A stretch of DNA of 62,811 nt, filler included, from Sluysia triapertura (taxonomy: Eukaryota): the NCBI GenBank assembly GCA_046118255.1. It is 4 parts of 4 records of this genome, joined end to end, with 100 filler letters (N's around TTAATTAATTAA, not from the genome) between each part and the next. Parts side by side here need not be neighbours in the genome. Positions count along the whole stretch, not along the records: positions 13,182 to 32,065 come from JBJNIA010110868.1; positions 32,166 to 46,934 come from JBJNIA010249201.1; 2 more parts are not named here. One strand, given 5' to 3'. Every line of letters starts with the position of its first letter. Positions within the stretch are counted from its first letter, which is position 1. Both the position numbers and the translations under genes were made by a program. The notes under the pieces were generated by a model, which was not told where the DNA came from, ran no database searches, and saw only the letters and a list, made by a program, of their open reading frames with translations. Below are positions 23,833 to 36,739 of this stretch, in pieces.

Positions 23833-26281
23833 ATATTTAAAAGGTAAGTAAAGTTGCTTAAAATATTCAACAGTATACTATTATTATTAAATATTTTGTA
23901 TGTCCATAAGGTCAAATACTCATCAGAATAATAGGAAGTTTATCAATCCCTTGAAACAATAGTAGATATAAAATATTGTAAAATACGATATTATTGATAA
24001 TTAAATGAAATGATCTTTCATTTTTTTCAATTTGTTATTTTTAAAAGACACCTTTTCCATTAATCTTATTTTTTCTGTAATATATTTTACACAAAAATAT
24101 AGAAGTAAACGGCATTGACACTTTTAATAAATGTTAATAATTGTATAAAATTTTGATACTTTTAAAAGTTTCATCTGAAATGTAACTATGTTGATATTTT
24201 AAAGTGCAAATTTTGGAATAGATTGCTAAATCGTTTAAACAAAAAATAATCAATTGAAGCTATAAATACAAAATCGTTTTATATACTACTCAGACAGTTA
24301 GAAAATTTGTTAAGGAAAAGAGAAAAAGTGAACTATATCTGTTGAAATAATTTATTGTTTTTATTTGCAAGAAAATTACGACATTTTAACTAAATTTAGA
24401 TTAAAGTTTAATTACCCTAAATATTATCCAAAATTCATTGTACATTTTGGAACAAAAATATTATCAAAATAAAACTTGTATATCTAATTTAATATTAATG
24501 ACTTCAGTACTTATCTTTTACCATCATTAATCCAAAACTTCAGAACCGTACAAAATTTGTCTAATTTTATTTAAAATATTTTTAAATTTTGCTTAAATTT
24601 CAAATCACTAGCTAAAAATCAAAAGATGTAAGAAATCGTTGGATTTTGAAATATATTAAAATTTATTTTTGAAAACATTGAAAGAAAAAGAAAAATAAAA
24701 TTTTGTAATCTGAAATATAAAGTAAATATTTAAAATAAAACAAAAATAAAATGAAAGTTGGAATGTACAAATTAAAATGGAAATCAAAGCATATTATTAA
24801 GTGACTTATAGTCAGTAATTGTGAGCGAATATTCTACAGATTTAAGATTATTGTTTTATCAGATATCATAAAACAAAAATGACACTTTAATCGAACAATG
24901 TAATTTGGAAAAGTTACACTTTCTGTGATAGTAAAGATGAAATTAAAAAGTGGATTCATAAATATTATAAAGTTAAACAGGTCTGAAAAATTACGAATGG
25001 ACAATCCACTGATTTTGTTGGATCCAAGGTAATTTTTAGAACCAAATAAGTCAGTTTGAATAAAGGATAAATAAACGCAATTGTCATAAATGTATAACAA
25101 TGAAATGTGTCCAGTAGTACTAAAATGTAATGCCAAACAGTGGATCTCGAATGAATAATTCTGTTTAAGACGACCAAGTAATTACTGCTAGAAATTACAA
25201 TGTGTTTATTCAAATTATTAACCCAATTAGTACCATTTATTTAACATTTATGTGTATATTTTGGAAGATTGTACCAATGAAAGATCATACCAATAAAGCA
25301 CTTATTTTTTAATTAGATAGCAATTTTATTGAAAGTTTATTTGTTTCCAAGTGGGTATATTTATATTCTTTTGACATACAATTTTATCGGTATTTTGAAA
25401 AAACATCGCTTTTTCAAATAGGAACATTGGTACTGAATGGGTTATTTATTATTTCTAGCGCTAATTTCAAAGAAAATGAAATTTCAAAAACATGGATTAT
25501 AGTTCTTCTTTGTTCTGATAAAATATGTACGATAAAAATCAAGAAATTTTTATGGAAAATTCTAAAAATTCTTGAAGCTTTNNNNNNNNNNNNNNNNNNN
25601 NNNNNNNNNNNNNNNNNNNNNNNNNNNNNNNNNNNNNNNNNNNNNNNNNNNNNNNNNNNNNNNNNNNNNNNNNNNNNNNNNNNNNNNNNNNNNNNNNNNN
25701 NNNNNNNNNNNNNNNNNNNNNNNNNNNNNNNNNNNNNNNNNNNNNNNNNNNNNNNNNNNNNNNNNNNNNNNNNNNNNNNNNNNNNNNNNNNNNNCATTAA
25801 GTATTCAAACTAAAAGATTCAATATTGCAAGAATAATTAAATCTGTAGTATTGATTTTCAAAAGAGCTCTCTTATTGTAACATATATTGTAGGATATCAT
25901 TAGATTTTGTTTCAAGAAACGAAAATTTTACTAAAGCACAAGAGTTCGCACTTTTTGAAGAATATAAAAGATTTTAGATGAAGCAAGAGAAAATATAAAT
26001 GATATTGAAATTATTAAATTGACTGTAGATGAAAAAGTTGCTAAAGAAAATGTATATGAACAACTTGAAGTAAAATACGAAACTAACATCTATAATCTAA
26101 AATACTTAAAATTCGTTTTATTTATTTTTTGTGAATCATTAATCTTATTTCAATCAGAAGTAATAAAAAAATATTTCAAAAGGTAATTAAGGGTTTATTA
26201 ATGAGCACTTATTTGTAGATTTATAAATTATATTCATTATAGTTATTACTTGCATTTTTGTTTATTGATTTTTTGTTTAAG

Positions 26282-26512
26282 TGCTTGTAATGGTCCATCA
26301 CTGTATGAAAAAATACACATGAGTCGAGAAAAAATGCGTCAAAGTTTTAAAATTAGTCTAATGCGTCAGATTGCTCAAGCAGTCGGATATTTGCATGCCA
26401 AAAGTTGTCCTGTTATTGTAAAGAGACTTAATTCAAAAAACATTTACATGGAACCCAAAGTTGTCCTGTGTCTCTTGGATTACAGTAATTTAGATCAGGA
26501 CGATATTGATAT
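26282..26512 (+). CDS. KSR-like pseudokinase exon (subdomains V-VII)
   Basis: tttaag| in phase with the previous exon; SACNGPSLYEKIH..QIAQAVGYLHAK..IVKRLNSKNIYMEPKVVLCLLDYS. The donor gttatt is inferred from phase. Confidence 0.88.
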
Positions 26513-29500
26513 GTTATTATTATTACTATTATTATTGTAATTATGAATTTACTAATGCTATTATTAATATCATTATTATTACTATTGTATTATTATTAGT
26601 ATTAATATCGTTATAATTAATATTATCATTATCACTATTAATATTACTAATAATATTATTATTATAAATATTTTCAATATCAATATTATTACTATTATTA
26701 TCACAATTTAATTTTAAAACATAAGAGCTATTTATATATTGTTAATATTGGCTTTAAAGTGCCAAAATTACGTAACTCTGCATAATTTAAATTTCTCACG
26801 ATAATTTTAGAAAAAGCGAAAAGCTTTTCAACTAACTTTTATATCTCTAAAAATTGTAGTCATAATATTTTTCAAGTGACACAAGCTCTTAATGAAACAT
26901 GCAATAAAGTCTATAAATAGACGATATACGGACTCCAGTACAAGCCAAAAAGGATCCACTATATTCTACCAATTATTTTATAATAGAGCTTTAAAATCGG
27001 TGTTTTTGCTGAGCTAGATTTTGGAGCTCGTTACTAAAATAAGAAACATAATATGTTAAAGCCAATGAGAATGAAGCAAATGTAGTTGTAATGCTAATGT
27101 AACTGAACTTGAATCAAGAACGAGATCCCAGTCAATATAATGAATTTTAATGTAACAAATTGTAATGATAGTATGCACACATTCATTTTTGGTTCACATA
27201 CATTTAATAATTCTAAAATAAATTGTATGTATAGTTAGGAATATTTTGTTTTAATTATTTAAAAAACTGTGTAACTTTAATTTGAACACACATTAAAAAT
27301 ACAAAATGTCAAAAAACAAACTAAATTAATTAGCTTATTAAAATAACGAAAACAAAACTAAAACTGCAAAAATAAATTAAACATGACGATTCTTTTTTAT
27401 TCCATATTCTTTAAATACCGTATTCTTAACAACAAATAATGTGACAAATTTAAAAAACTATCGCAAATCGTAGACTGTCTTGGTGATATATCGAGTTATT
27501 AGTTTTGATTTAGATAGTTTTTGGTGCAATATTATAAAAATTAATTTAGTTTAAATATTTAAACGCCTTCACCGAACTGTTAGGTTGGCATCACGACCAT
27601 CAGAATCACATAACATGCTTTAAAATTATTTATAAATATCTAAAACACTTTAAAAATGTTTATTTTCCAAAAAAGAAAATAAAATTTCGAAAATAAAAAA
27701 TTCATTTCTAAAAATAGAATAAAAGCTTCTAGAATGTTCTAGAACATTCCATCGATTTTCATTGGCTGACGACTAACTAACATCAGTTTACTGAAAATCA
27801 CCATTTTGAAAGTATAATTCAATTTATTTGTAGTCCGTGCCATTTTGAATTTATTAGTCGTCATTTTATCTAGCATTCTGTTAGATTAGCTTCTACAAGA
27901 AATGGAATTTTTAATCAAGTGAATTCGTAGTAAAGCATTACAAGATCTTGGTTTTGAATAAAAATCATCTTCATTATCACAAAAATCGTGTAATAAATCA
28001 CCGATTTCTTTTTCTATTTAATGCTGCTGATGAGCTGATTTTAGGTCATACATACTTCTTTTTTTAAATTCAACTGAACCTGAAACATTAGAATTACATT
28101 CTAAAACTATCATGCATTTATACTCTTAAATAAATGCGTGTATTGGTCATTTTAGATTTTCTGTCATCTAAATAGATAGTCATAGTTATTTATAATCATT
28201 AAAGTTCTAACAAACGAATGTTAAAGGGCTCATGTGAGGTTATCCAAGTCATTTACTACAGAGTCAGTAGAAGTCCAAACAGTTTGTATATAATTTATAA
28301 GATAACAATATTACACTCTGGTTATTTTTCAAATTGGTAATAGGTTGTAACAAACCAATAACACATTTTGTACACATACGTATACAGTCACAATCAAACT
28401 TGATTTGTCAGTGAAGTTATCCAAACTGACTAACAAATCAGTGAACGTGAAATGTTTCCTATCCTAAGATATTTCAAGTACAACCTATTTGATAGTGTTA
28501 AAATAGTTGTGGTTGGAATTCGCTAATGCGGTAAAAAAAATTATATTGATTTTATACATGAATTATGTTTTACTTATTGTACATTTTAGATACGTACATA
28601 AAGAATGTTAAGATTATAAAAATTGTTTCATTTCATTGGATTGGACGTCGTTCTATTTATATAATCACATCTGAAATCCTACATAGTTACATTACTATCT
28701 CAACCAGATTCGCTACATTTTCATTGACTTAATTATCAGAACAAATTATTCTGTCTTTAACAAGCTATGGATCGACCAGTAACATTAAAATCGCTTCACT
28801 TTCATTGGTTTATAGCTCACAATAATGATTCTATTTTTAATAAAGAGCTCTCAAATTCAGTACAAAAATATAACAAGTTTGGGCTGTATGATGTTCATGA
28901 GAGATCATATAGTTTTGTGATTGAGTCTATCAGTCCACTAAAGTATGACATAAAAAATCTTTGAAACCATCAAACATTTTCATAATCAATAGAGCGTCAA
29001 TTTTAGTCCATACCATTTAATAGTATATTCTGTCCTATTAAGAGTTATACGTTATATAAAATCTTAAATATCGGCATTATTTCTAGCTTCTAGCGAGACT
29101 AGACAAAATAAGAACTGAAATATGTAAATTTGAAAGTTTTGAGATAAGACGAGATAAATCCATTTTAAAAATTAGAGGGAGCACAAACACGTTCATGAGG
29201 TACGTAATGTTTTAAAAATCCGAATTAGCAGAATTATCAAATATCAATGAAACGAGAACATCTTCATATACATTTTGAAATTTGCAATCGAATATGATGC
29301 AGAATTGCTAGAATTTCAAACATTTTAATCTATAATATATAATATGATAATAATCTACATTTTAGATTTAAATATTTTACTTATTTTGATTATTTAAACA
29401 AAATGCTTTAAATTGATACTAGCATTTTTAAAAAGGTAGTGAAATTTTGTTCTAAAATCATGTTAAAAATATTTCCTCATTTTTTTACAAATAAAATTAA

Positions 29501-31443
29501 AATTAGTTTAATAAATGTTTAAAAACATTCTACTTATTTTTAAATATTAAGTATTATGTATAATTTATTTTTAAATAAAATTCAATTATGTAATTTAAAT
29601 TATTATTTCTACTTTCTAAATTTTCATTTTTTTACAATTAATTTTATTTCTTTCCCTTCATTGCACTTTTATTTCATTTAAAGCGCGTATATTTTCTAAT
29701 TGAAAATTAGTACTATTCGTAAGAAAATGCAATTTTATAATTTTATTTTTTAAGAAAAGCAAATTAATTTATTGCATAATGTTTAAATAATTATAAATAA
29801 TCTATATTTCTAGGAATGCTAGGAGTTTCATTAATTAATATAGCTATTTTCAAATTAATTGAATCGTTCTTCTAGAAACACGATAATACAGCAAGGGAAA
29901 TCATACAACACTTGGCTAACTATACAATCTACCATTTTTAGATGAAATCTACCAAGTTTTGAGTTTATCGTTAAACATTAAATAAAACAATATCATCTAG
30001 TTTTAAAACACATCACAATAAATTTTTAACTATTTATAGGTATTGCTTTAAAAAATATAAAAGTTCATCACTATAATAATAATAATAATTATTATTATTA
30101 TAATAAAATAAATTTTACACTTTATTTAACTTTATTTTTATAATTTTAAATTATTAAATGGGTATTTTAAACTTTGATTATCGTTAGTACTTTTGACTCG
30201 TCTTTTGTTCAGTAAAGATAAATAAAACTATAAACAATAATATTTAAAATTATTTTTATTAATATTATTGCTTTTAAACAATTAAAAGTTAAGTCAGAAT
30301 TAAGTCGGAACATGTTTAAAATATAATTTATTATCAAAACCACAAATTTAAATTGAAAAAACTGAATTCGTTCTTATTTGAAATATGAATTCCGCAAGTT
30401 TTGGTTTGGTTTTAATTTCATAAAAGAATTAACAAATATTGTTTAACAAATTTTATATTTTTATATAGATTACTCGTTATTTTTGCATGCATTAAAGTTA
30501 TTGTATGAACGTTTTCATTTGTAAGTTATTTTATATATAAATTTATTTATAAATTTATATATAAATGTCAAATCAAGATAAACATTAATCTTTAAGTGCG
30601 ATACAATCTTAAAGTATCGATAATTTTTCTTAGATCATAGATAAAAAGTTTATACATCATATACAAAAATAATGTAATTATGTAAACAAAATATTAAAGA
30701 TATTAATCATGTAGTTGTGTTAATTGAATGGTTACTTATTTAATTAAAGAATTATTTATTAATTATAGGATTTAATATTTTTGAATATATAAAAATTCTA
30801 ATAATGTCTGAAATGTTTCCTAAAAACGGTATTAAAGAAGAATGTGAATAAACTTTTTAAATAAACACTCTTATTTATCATAAGTTATTTTATGAAGTGT
30901 TTAGTGTTAAGAATTTATATAAAAATTATAGTGATGTATCTTAAATGATAAGTCGAATAAAAAGTGCATATTATTTGTTTGTTTTTATTTTATTTTTGTG
31001 CAAAAATGTTGAAAATATGACATACGAAAATTGTATTAATAAATGTGGGCATCAAATACCGTTGTTACATTTAAAAAATCAAATAAATTAATCACTGAAG
31101 TCAGACGAAAATAATACATGGATAATCAATCAAATAAATTTTTTAAATTTTTTAGTCACAACTTCAGTAAGAGATCCACAACAATGAAAATTTAGACATT
31201 TAAGAGGAATAAAAATAATAATTTCAAATTTCTGATATTTTCAACAGTATTTTAAATAAATTAATTGAATTAAAATCTGTCGTAACTAATTTTTTTCGTT
31301 CTGATCTTTCACTAATAATATTTATCCCATTTAATTCATTAAATGAATAAATCACAACTGAAACTAGTTTAATTCGAACATAAAAAATATATTCAATGTT
31401 AACTATTATTAACTATTATTTTAAAGAAATTTAAAATTTGCAG

Positions 31444-31584
31444 AACTGACTACGTCTCAATTCCAAATTACTTAGTCTGGTATACTGCTCCCGAACTGTT
31501 GGAATCAATTCAAGATCTCGATGAAACTCCTTATTTTATACAAAGTTCATATTTCGTTCAAGCAACTGATGTTTACAGTTTTGG
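31444..31584 (+). CDS. KSR-like pseudokinase exon (subdomains VIII-IX)
   Basis: tttgcag|..|gttaat; YVSIPNYLVWYTAPELL...ATDVYSFG, comparable to KSR LSIPPGWLCYLAPE..SDVYAFG. Confidence 0.9.
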
Positions 31585-31654
31585 GTTAATATTTTTATTT
31601 TAAATTGTCTACTTATAATTGAAAATAAATTACATTTTATAATTTTCATTTCAG

Positions 31655-31784
31655 AACTTTACTTTATGAAATTCATGTTGGTCGCTATCCACGCTCAAAA
31701 GCGGAAACCAAAGAATTTATTCATGATATTTGTAATGGACATCGGCCGGATATTAAAGAAATTCGAACAACAGAAACTGTCAAA
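31655..31784 (+). CDS. KSR-like pseudokinase exon (subdomains IX-X); the final exon was not found and is probably in the gap
   Basis: 70-bp intron, tttcag|..|gttcgt; TLLYEIHVGRYP..EFIHDICNGHRPDIKEIRTTETVK. Confidence 0.88.
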
Positions 31785-33558
31785 GTTCGTTTTTTTGAAA
31801 TTAATTCAATTTACCGACTGTTTGACATTGAAGATGTATTAATTAAATTTCGTCTGTAAATTTATCCTTTGTGAAAGTAGAAATTTATCTTTATACCAAA
31901 TTTTATTTTTCACAATGTAATCGAAATTAATTAGAAATTCACATTTCTTTATAAATTTTGATAAATAAATCTTGAATAAAAATTTTTTGGATAAAGTTTT
32001 CATTCATCGGTATTTGTTATTGTAGTATGTTGCATTCGATACAAAACTATTCATACATGGTGGAANNNNNNNNNNNNNNNNNNNNNNNNNNNNNNNNNNN
32101 NNNNNNNNNTTAATTAATTAANNNNNNNNNNNNNNNNNNNNNNNNNNNNNNNNNNNNNNNNNNNNGTATTTGCAATTTCTTTTTATTTTCTTAAGGTAAT
32201 TTTAAAATTTTTAATTCAATTTTTAGCTGCAATTACATGATTCATTATTTCGATATCAATTTCTTTCATACTCATCTTAAATTTTGTTATTGTTTTAGTA
32301 TTAATTTGAAAGTAAACGTGAAAATTTGAATGGTTCTGAAGAAATTTTGATTTGTTAGATATGATCCCAAAAATATTATTTAGAAGATAATTCAGAAATT
32401 GTATTTCATCATACTACTCATGAGTTACTTGCATAAAACTTACGAAATTTAACTGATTACAAAAACAAACGATTAAAATATCAGTCTTTGGATCATAAAT
32501 GAATGATTTACAAATTGCCAATTTTTTAACTTACTCATTCACAGCTTTTTTAATATCTTTTTCAATATTGGAAAAATTAAAATAACTGGTTGCTTAGAAA
32601 TCAATAATTTTGATTGACTTTTAATATAAGTTACAGACCTTTATGTCTTATTTAGAGATTTTCATTGAAATAAGCAACTAATAAAATGCTCATCGAGTGA
32701 GAGAAATAGAGCTAAAAGATAATTAAGAAATGGTTAGAAATTGGATTCTTTTTGTGTTGAATTTATACAGGTTTATTTTAGTGTTGTTGAACCTTGAAGA
32801 ATTATTGGATGTAAATTGTAAACTCCTTTCGTCAAGTGATTTATAGAGGAAGAACTGATCATATTTTAGGCTGAAAATGTTAGAAAGTAGAGTAGTTTTT
32901 GACATATACATATACTATTTGATCTTTGCAATAAACATAGTCACATAATCATACACTAGCTCATTTGTAGTTTGATTTGTCATAAATTAAAGAAAAAACG
33001 CCTTTGAAAGGCAGTTAATTAAACGTTGACAAAATATTAAAACAATTATTAGTCTATTTTTAGAATATTAAATAGTTCACTTTCTCAAAAAGAAAAAAGC
33101 TCAAATTTAATAATATCAGCTTAAAACCAATTAGAGATAGTTCACTACTTATATATAGTATTAATTTTCCAATCAAATATTTCCTGTCTATAATATGAAA
33201 TTACAATATAATTTCAATCTAAGTAAGATAAGAAGATGATACTTATCATATAATTTGTATTTTTTCTATACTTTGCTCTATCGTAGTTTGCATTTTGAAT
33301 TTGAAATTAGATACTGTCAATTTTGTTTGGTAGTTTTATATATTTAAATAATATTTTTTCTTATTTTTGTTTTAATTTTTACTATGTAAATATAAAAAAT
33401 GAAAGGACAAAATTTTTGTTTTGTTTTTTACTTAGTATTTAATAAGTATAAATGAAATATTAGTTGGGATATAGATAGGGCCGGTTACGAGTCGATTTAG
33501 CTTAATCAGATCCACGTCCGTATCCGAAGTGCAATCAATTAGTAAAATTACGTAATTA

Positions 33559-33670
33559 ATAATAATAATATATTAATTTATATTGTGCTCATATCTACTG
33601 CGAAAGTACTCAAAAGCGCTTAAGGTAAATCATTCACCATACTATTTTTGAAACAGAAAGAACTGTGCTT
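33559..33670 (-). mobile_element. Second copy of the L2-type LINE 3' end
   Basis: The reverse complement matches about 16490-16590 (TTTCTGTTTCA..GTGAATGATTT..TTAAGCGCTTTTGAGTACTT..GCAGTA..ATATGAGC..ATATAAATTAATATATTATTATTA). Confidence 0.85.
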
Positions 33671-36516
33671 TTTTCTTAAATATTTCTTAATTTTATACAA
33701 TGAAGAAAAGTTACTCTAAAGTAAAAATTGCAATAAAGTAAAGTACATAAATTTTAAGATTTAACAATCATTTTTGTGAAATAAATAAAATTATTTTTTA
33801 TAAAACATTTTAGTAACAGTAAAGAAATTGGCCGTATTATTACACGTTAAAATCACTTATATAATTTTAACTACAGAAATTATTAGCTGTACAAGTAAAA
33901 TTAATCATATGGATGTCTCAACTGTGGCAAAAATGAAATTGTAAATAAAAACAAAACTGTACATAGTTAAATTAACGGAGTTACACTGGTTTTTACAAGT
34001 ATTTTACAAATATTCAAAAACGGTTATACGATATTGCGTAGTAACAATAAAAATAACTTTATTTTACACAGTTTCATAAAGACAAATTTTGATCATTTAG
34101 AAAAACATTGAACCGATTATTAGATGGATTATTTGCCGATTTGAATATTAAATATTAGAAATAATATTGGATTAATTATTTAAAGAATCGTTTGGAGCAA
34201 TATTGGATCAATTATTAATTGCCATCTTGAATATTGAGTAAGTGCAATATCTAAATTTATAAATTTAATCAAATCAAATCAAATCAATAATTTTAAAACT
34301 GCTAATAACAAGCATATTTAAAATTATATGTGCTCCATTTTATATAACATTTATACATTGAAACATATTAAATTTTGTAATATTAATTGTTTAATTTTAT
34401 TATTTGAAACTTTAAATTGCCGTTATTTCGGAGACGAGTCAAGAATCAAACTCCACAATTTATAATTCACTAATTTGAATTATAAAGTGAAACTTGAAAG
34501 TAACGTTAAAAATTTTTTAATACTTATACATTTTATTTACACATGTTTTATCGAGATAAGAGATTAATTCATTTTTTAGTATTGAGAGTTGATACTTTAA
34601 GTTGTTTTAATTACAAAATTTGTATTGCCATTTCTACCATCAAGGACGAATTCAGAACTAATCTCAATAATATAAATAGACTAATCATAATTCTCTTAAA
34701 AGTTATGCCTAGCACAAACGTAATCATAATATTTAAAATAAAGATAAATTTGTAAATATATTTCCAATTTATATCAATTTGGAAAAGTATTGTGCATGAT
34801 ATTACTATTTGGGTTCAAATTTTTTGTATTTTTTAATTTGTTACAATTGGGACTATTTACTTAATGCAATATTAATAATATTACAGAAATAATTACTCTT
34901 ATTAACATTTTTAACTTCTTTCCACTAAATTATAGACTGGTTTTAAATGTTAATACATGTATAATTTATACAATAAAATCTTGTATATTTAGATATTTGA
35001 CATTGTATATTTGACTTGTGTATTATTTGTATTCTTGAATTACATGTGATAGTAGCATATCATATTTTATAAAAAAATATCAAAACAATTATTCAATTAT
35101 TTTTTGAATTGTATCTCCAATAACATAAATTCATTAATAATTATCATAATTTATTGTAATTATCGATATCTGTAAAACTGTACAACAATTAATTCAATAA
35201 ATCAAACATGTGCATAAACATTAATTTTAATATCCATTACTTAATCAAATTCGTGCATAATAAGCAATCAGAACAATTTATATTTATAGAAATATCATGT
35301 ACACGAAAGTGTCAAACCTTTTTGGACAGTGAGTAAAAATTCGACTTTTCTTACCATGCTGGATCGAACAAGTGACTGCACGTTCATTTTTTTACAAACC
35401 AGTGCTAATAAGAAACTTTTAATTTTGTTCAAAAAAGTTGGGCATCCTTGATGGATGATGTTTTTATGTTATATATAACATAAACCGTTCGGATTTTATT
35501 TTACATTATGTATGAATATCTTTCGATTAAGTGATGTATCTTAAAATTAATAGTTAAAGTTTATTAGATATTAATTTTTATACAATGAATTTCAATCTGA
35601 TATAAGTGCAAGTACTTTCGCACAAAAAGTTGTTTAATGATTTTATTTTAAAATGTTCAAAGACTAATTATAATAAAATTCGATTATAAGGAGGAAATAA
35701 AAATCGATCATGTTTATTTGTCATTGAGTTTATTATGTACTTGGTTATTCACTGGATTTTTACTTCTAAAAAGAATTTGAACGCTATCAGATCTATAGTG
35801 AATTTATTTTAGTCGAAATTGGAATTTTTAATAAGTAATCTGGAGAATTTTAGAAACATCTAAAATAAATGTATTTTCGATTAAGTTTATTTTTAGAAGA
35901 ATTGATTATTCGTGTTTTTCTCTTAAATGTTTATTTTTGAAACCATAGTAATTATTTGTGCAATTCTCTGTTAATAGATTTATATAAATCTAAATTAAGT
36001 TACATAATTTTAACTATTTATTTATTTAATAAATTTATTTAAAATATTTTTTATTAAAATTTATACTATTAGAAATAATATTAAAATGATTTAAAGTACT
36101 TCATTATTTAATGACATAATCCAACATATTACTAGAACCACCTGTTAAAATGTTAGTTTCTTGAATAATTTTCTGTGCCAGCAAAACTTTGATTTTTCAA
36201 TCATTTTACATAATTGTTACTCGATGAAGTTTTTATTCATTAAAATCGGATCCTAATTAAATTTATCGTTTCGATAATAAAACTTGTTTTAAAAGTACTT
36301 TTTTTCAAAAATTTAAAGATAAAACTTTGCTTTATTAATTAACGAATTGTTGCAAGGAAATGTTGAATAAATCATTTACAACGGGTTTATAACATGTGGT
36401 TTTCATAGTTATTTTTATTTTAAGATTAGATTTAAATATTTTCTATTTTTATCAAAGTAAAATTATACCGATATATAAATTTAAAATTGATCAAATTAAT
36501 TCATTGTTTTATTTAG

Positions 36517-36739
36517 AGACAAACCAGTAGATTTAGTACATTGTTTCATGTGTGATTTTGTGTGTTACAACAATACTGAATTGATTAATCATTTACAAGG
36601 TAATTGGCCTAATTCTGTTACTAAATGTGGATTATGTAATCTTGTATTATCATTGGACAAGAAAAATTCTTGTGCTGCTAAAGCTCATGTTTTGTTACAC
36701 ATGGGAATTTATTTAATGTGTCCACGTTGTGGATTTGTT
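36517..36739 (+). CDS. ZNF532/592/687-like C2H2 zinc-finger gene, exon
   Basis: tttag|..|gttagt; HCFMCDF..LINHL..KCGLCNLVL..NSCAAKAHVLLH...MCPRCG resembles the family motif [21 protein letters not shown]..CPECG. Confidence 0.85.

Noticed and set aside
25414-25880. ORFs spanning the N gap
   Set aside because: Open only because of Ns.
28027-28060. CTGATGAG as a hammerhead ribozyme core
   Set aside because: No stem II followed by GAAA and no closing stems.
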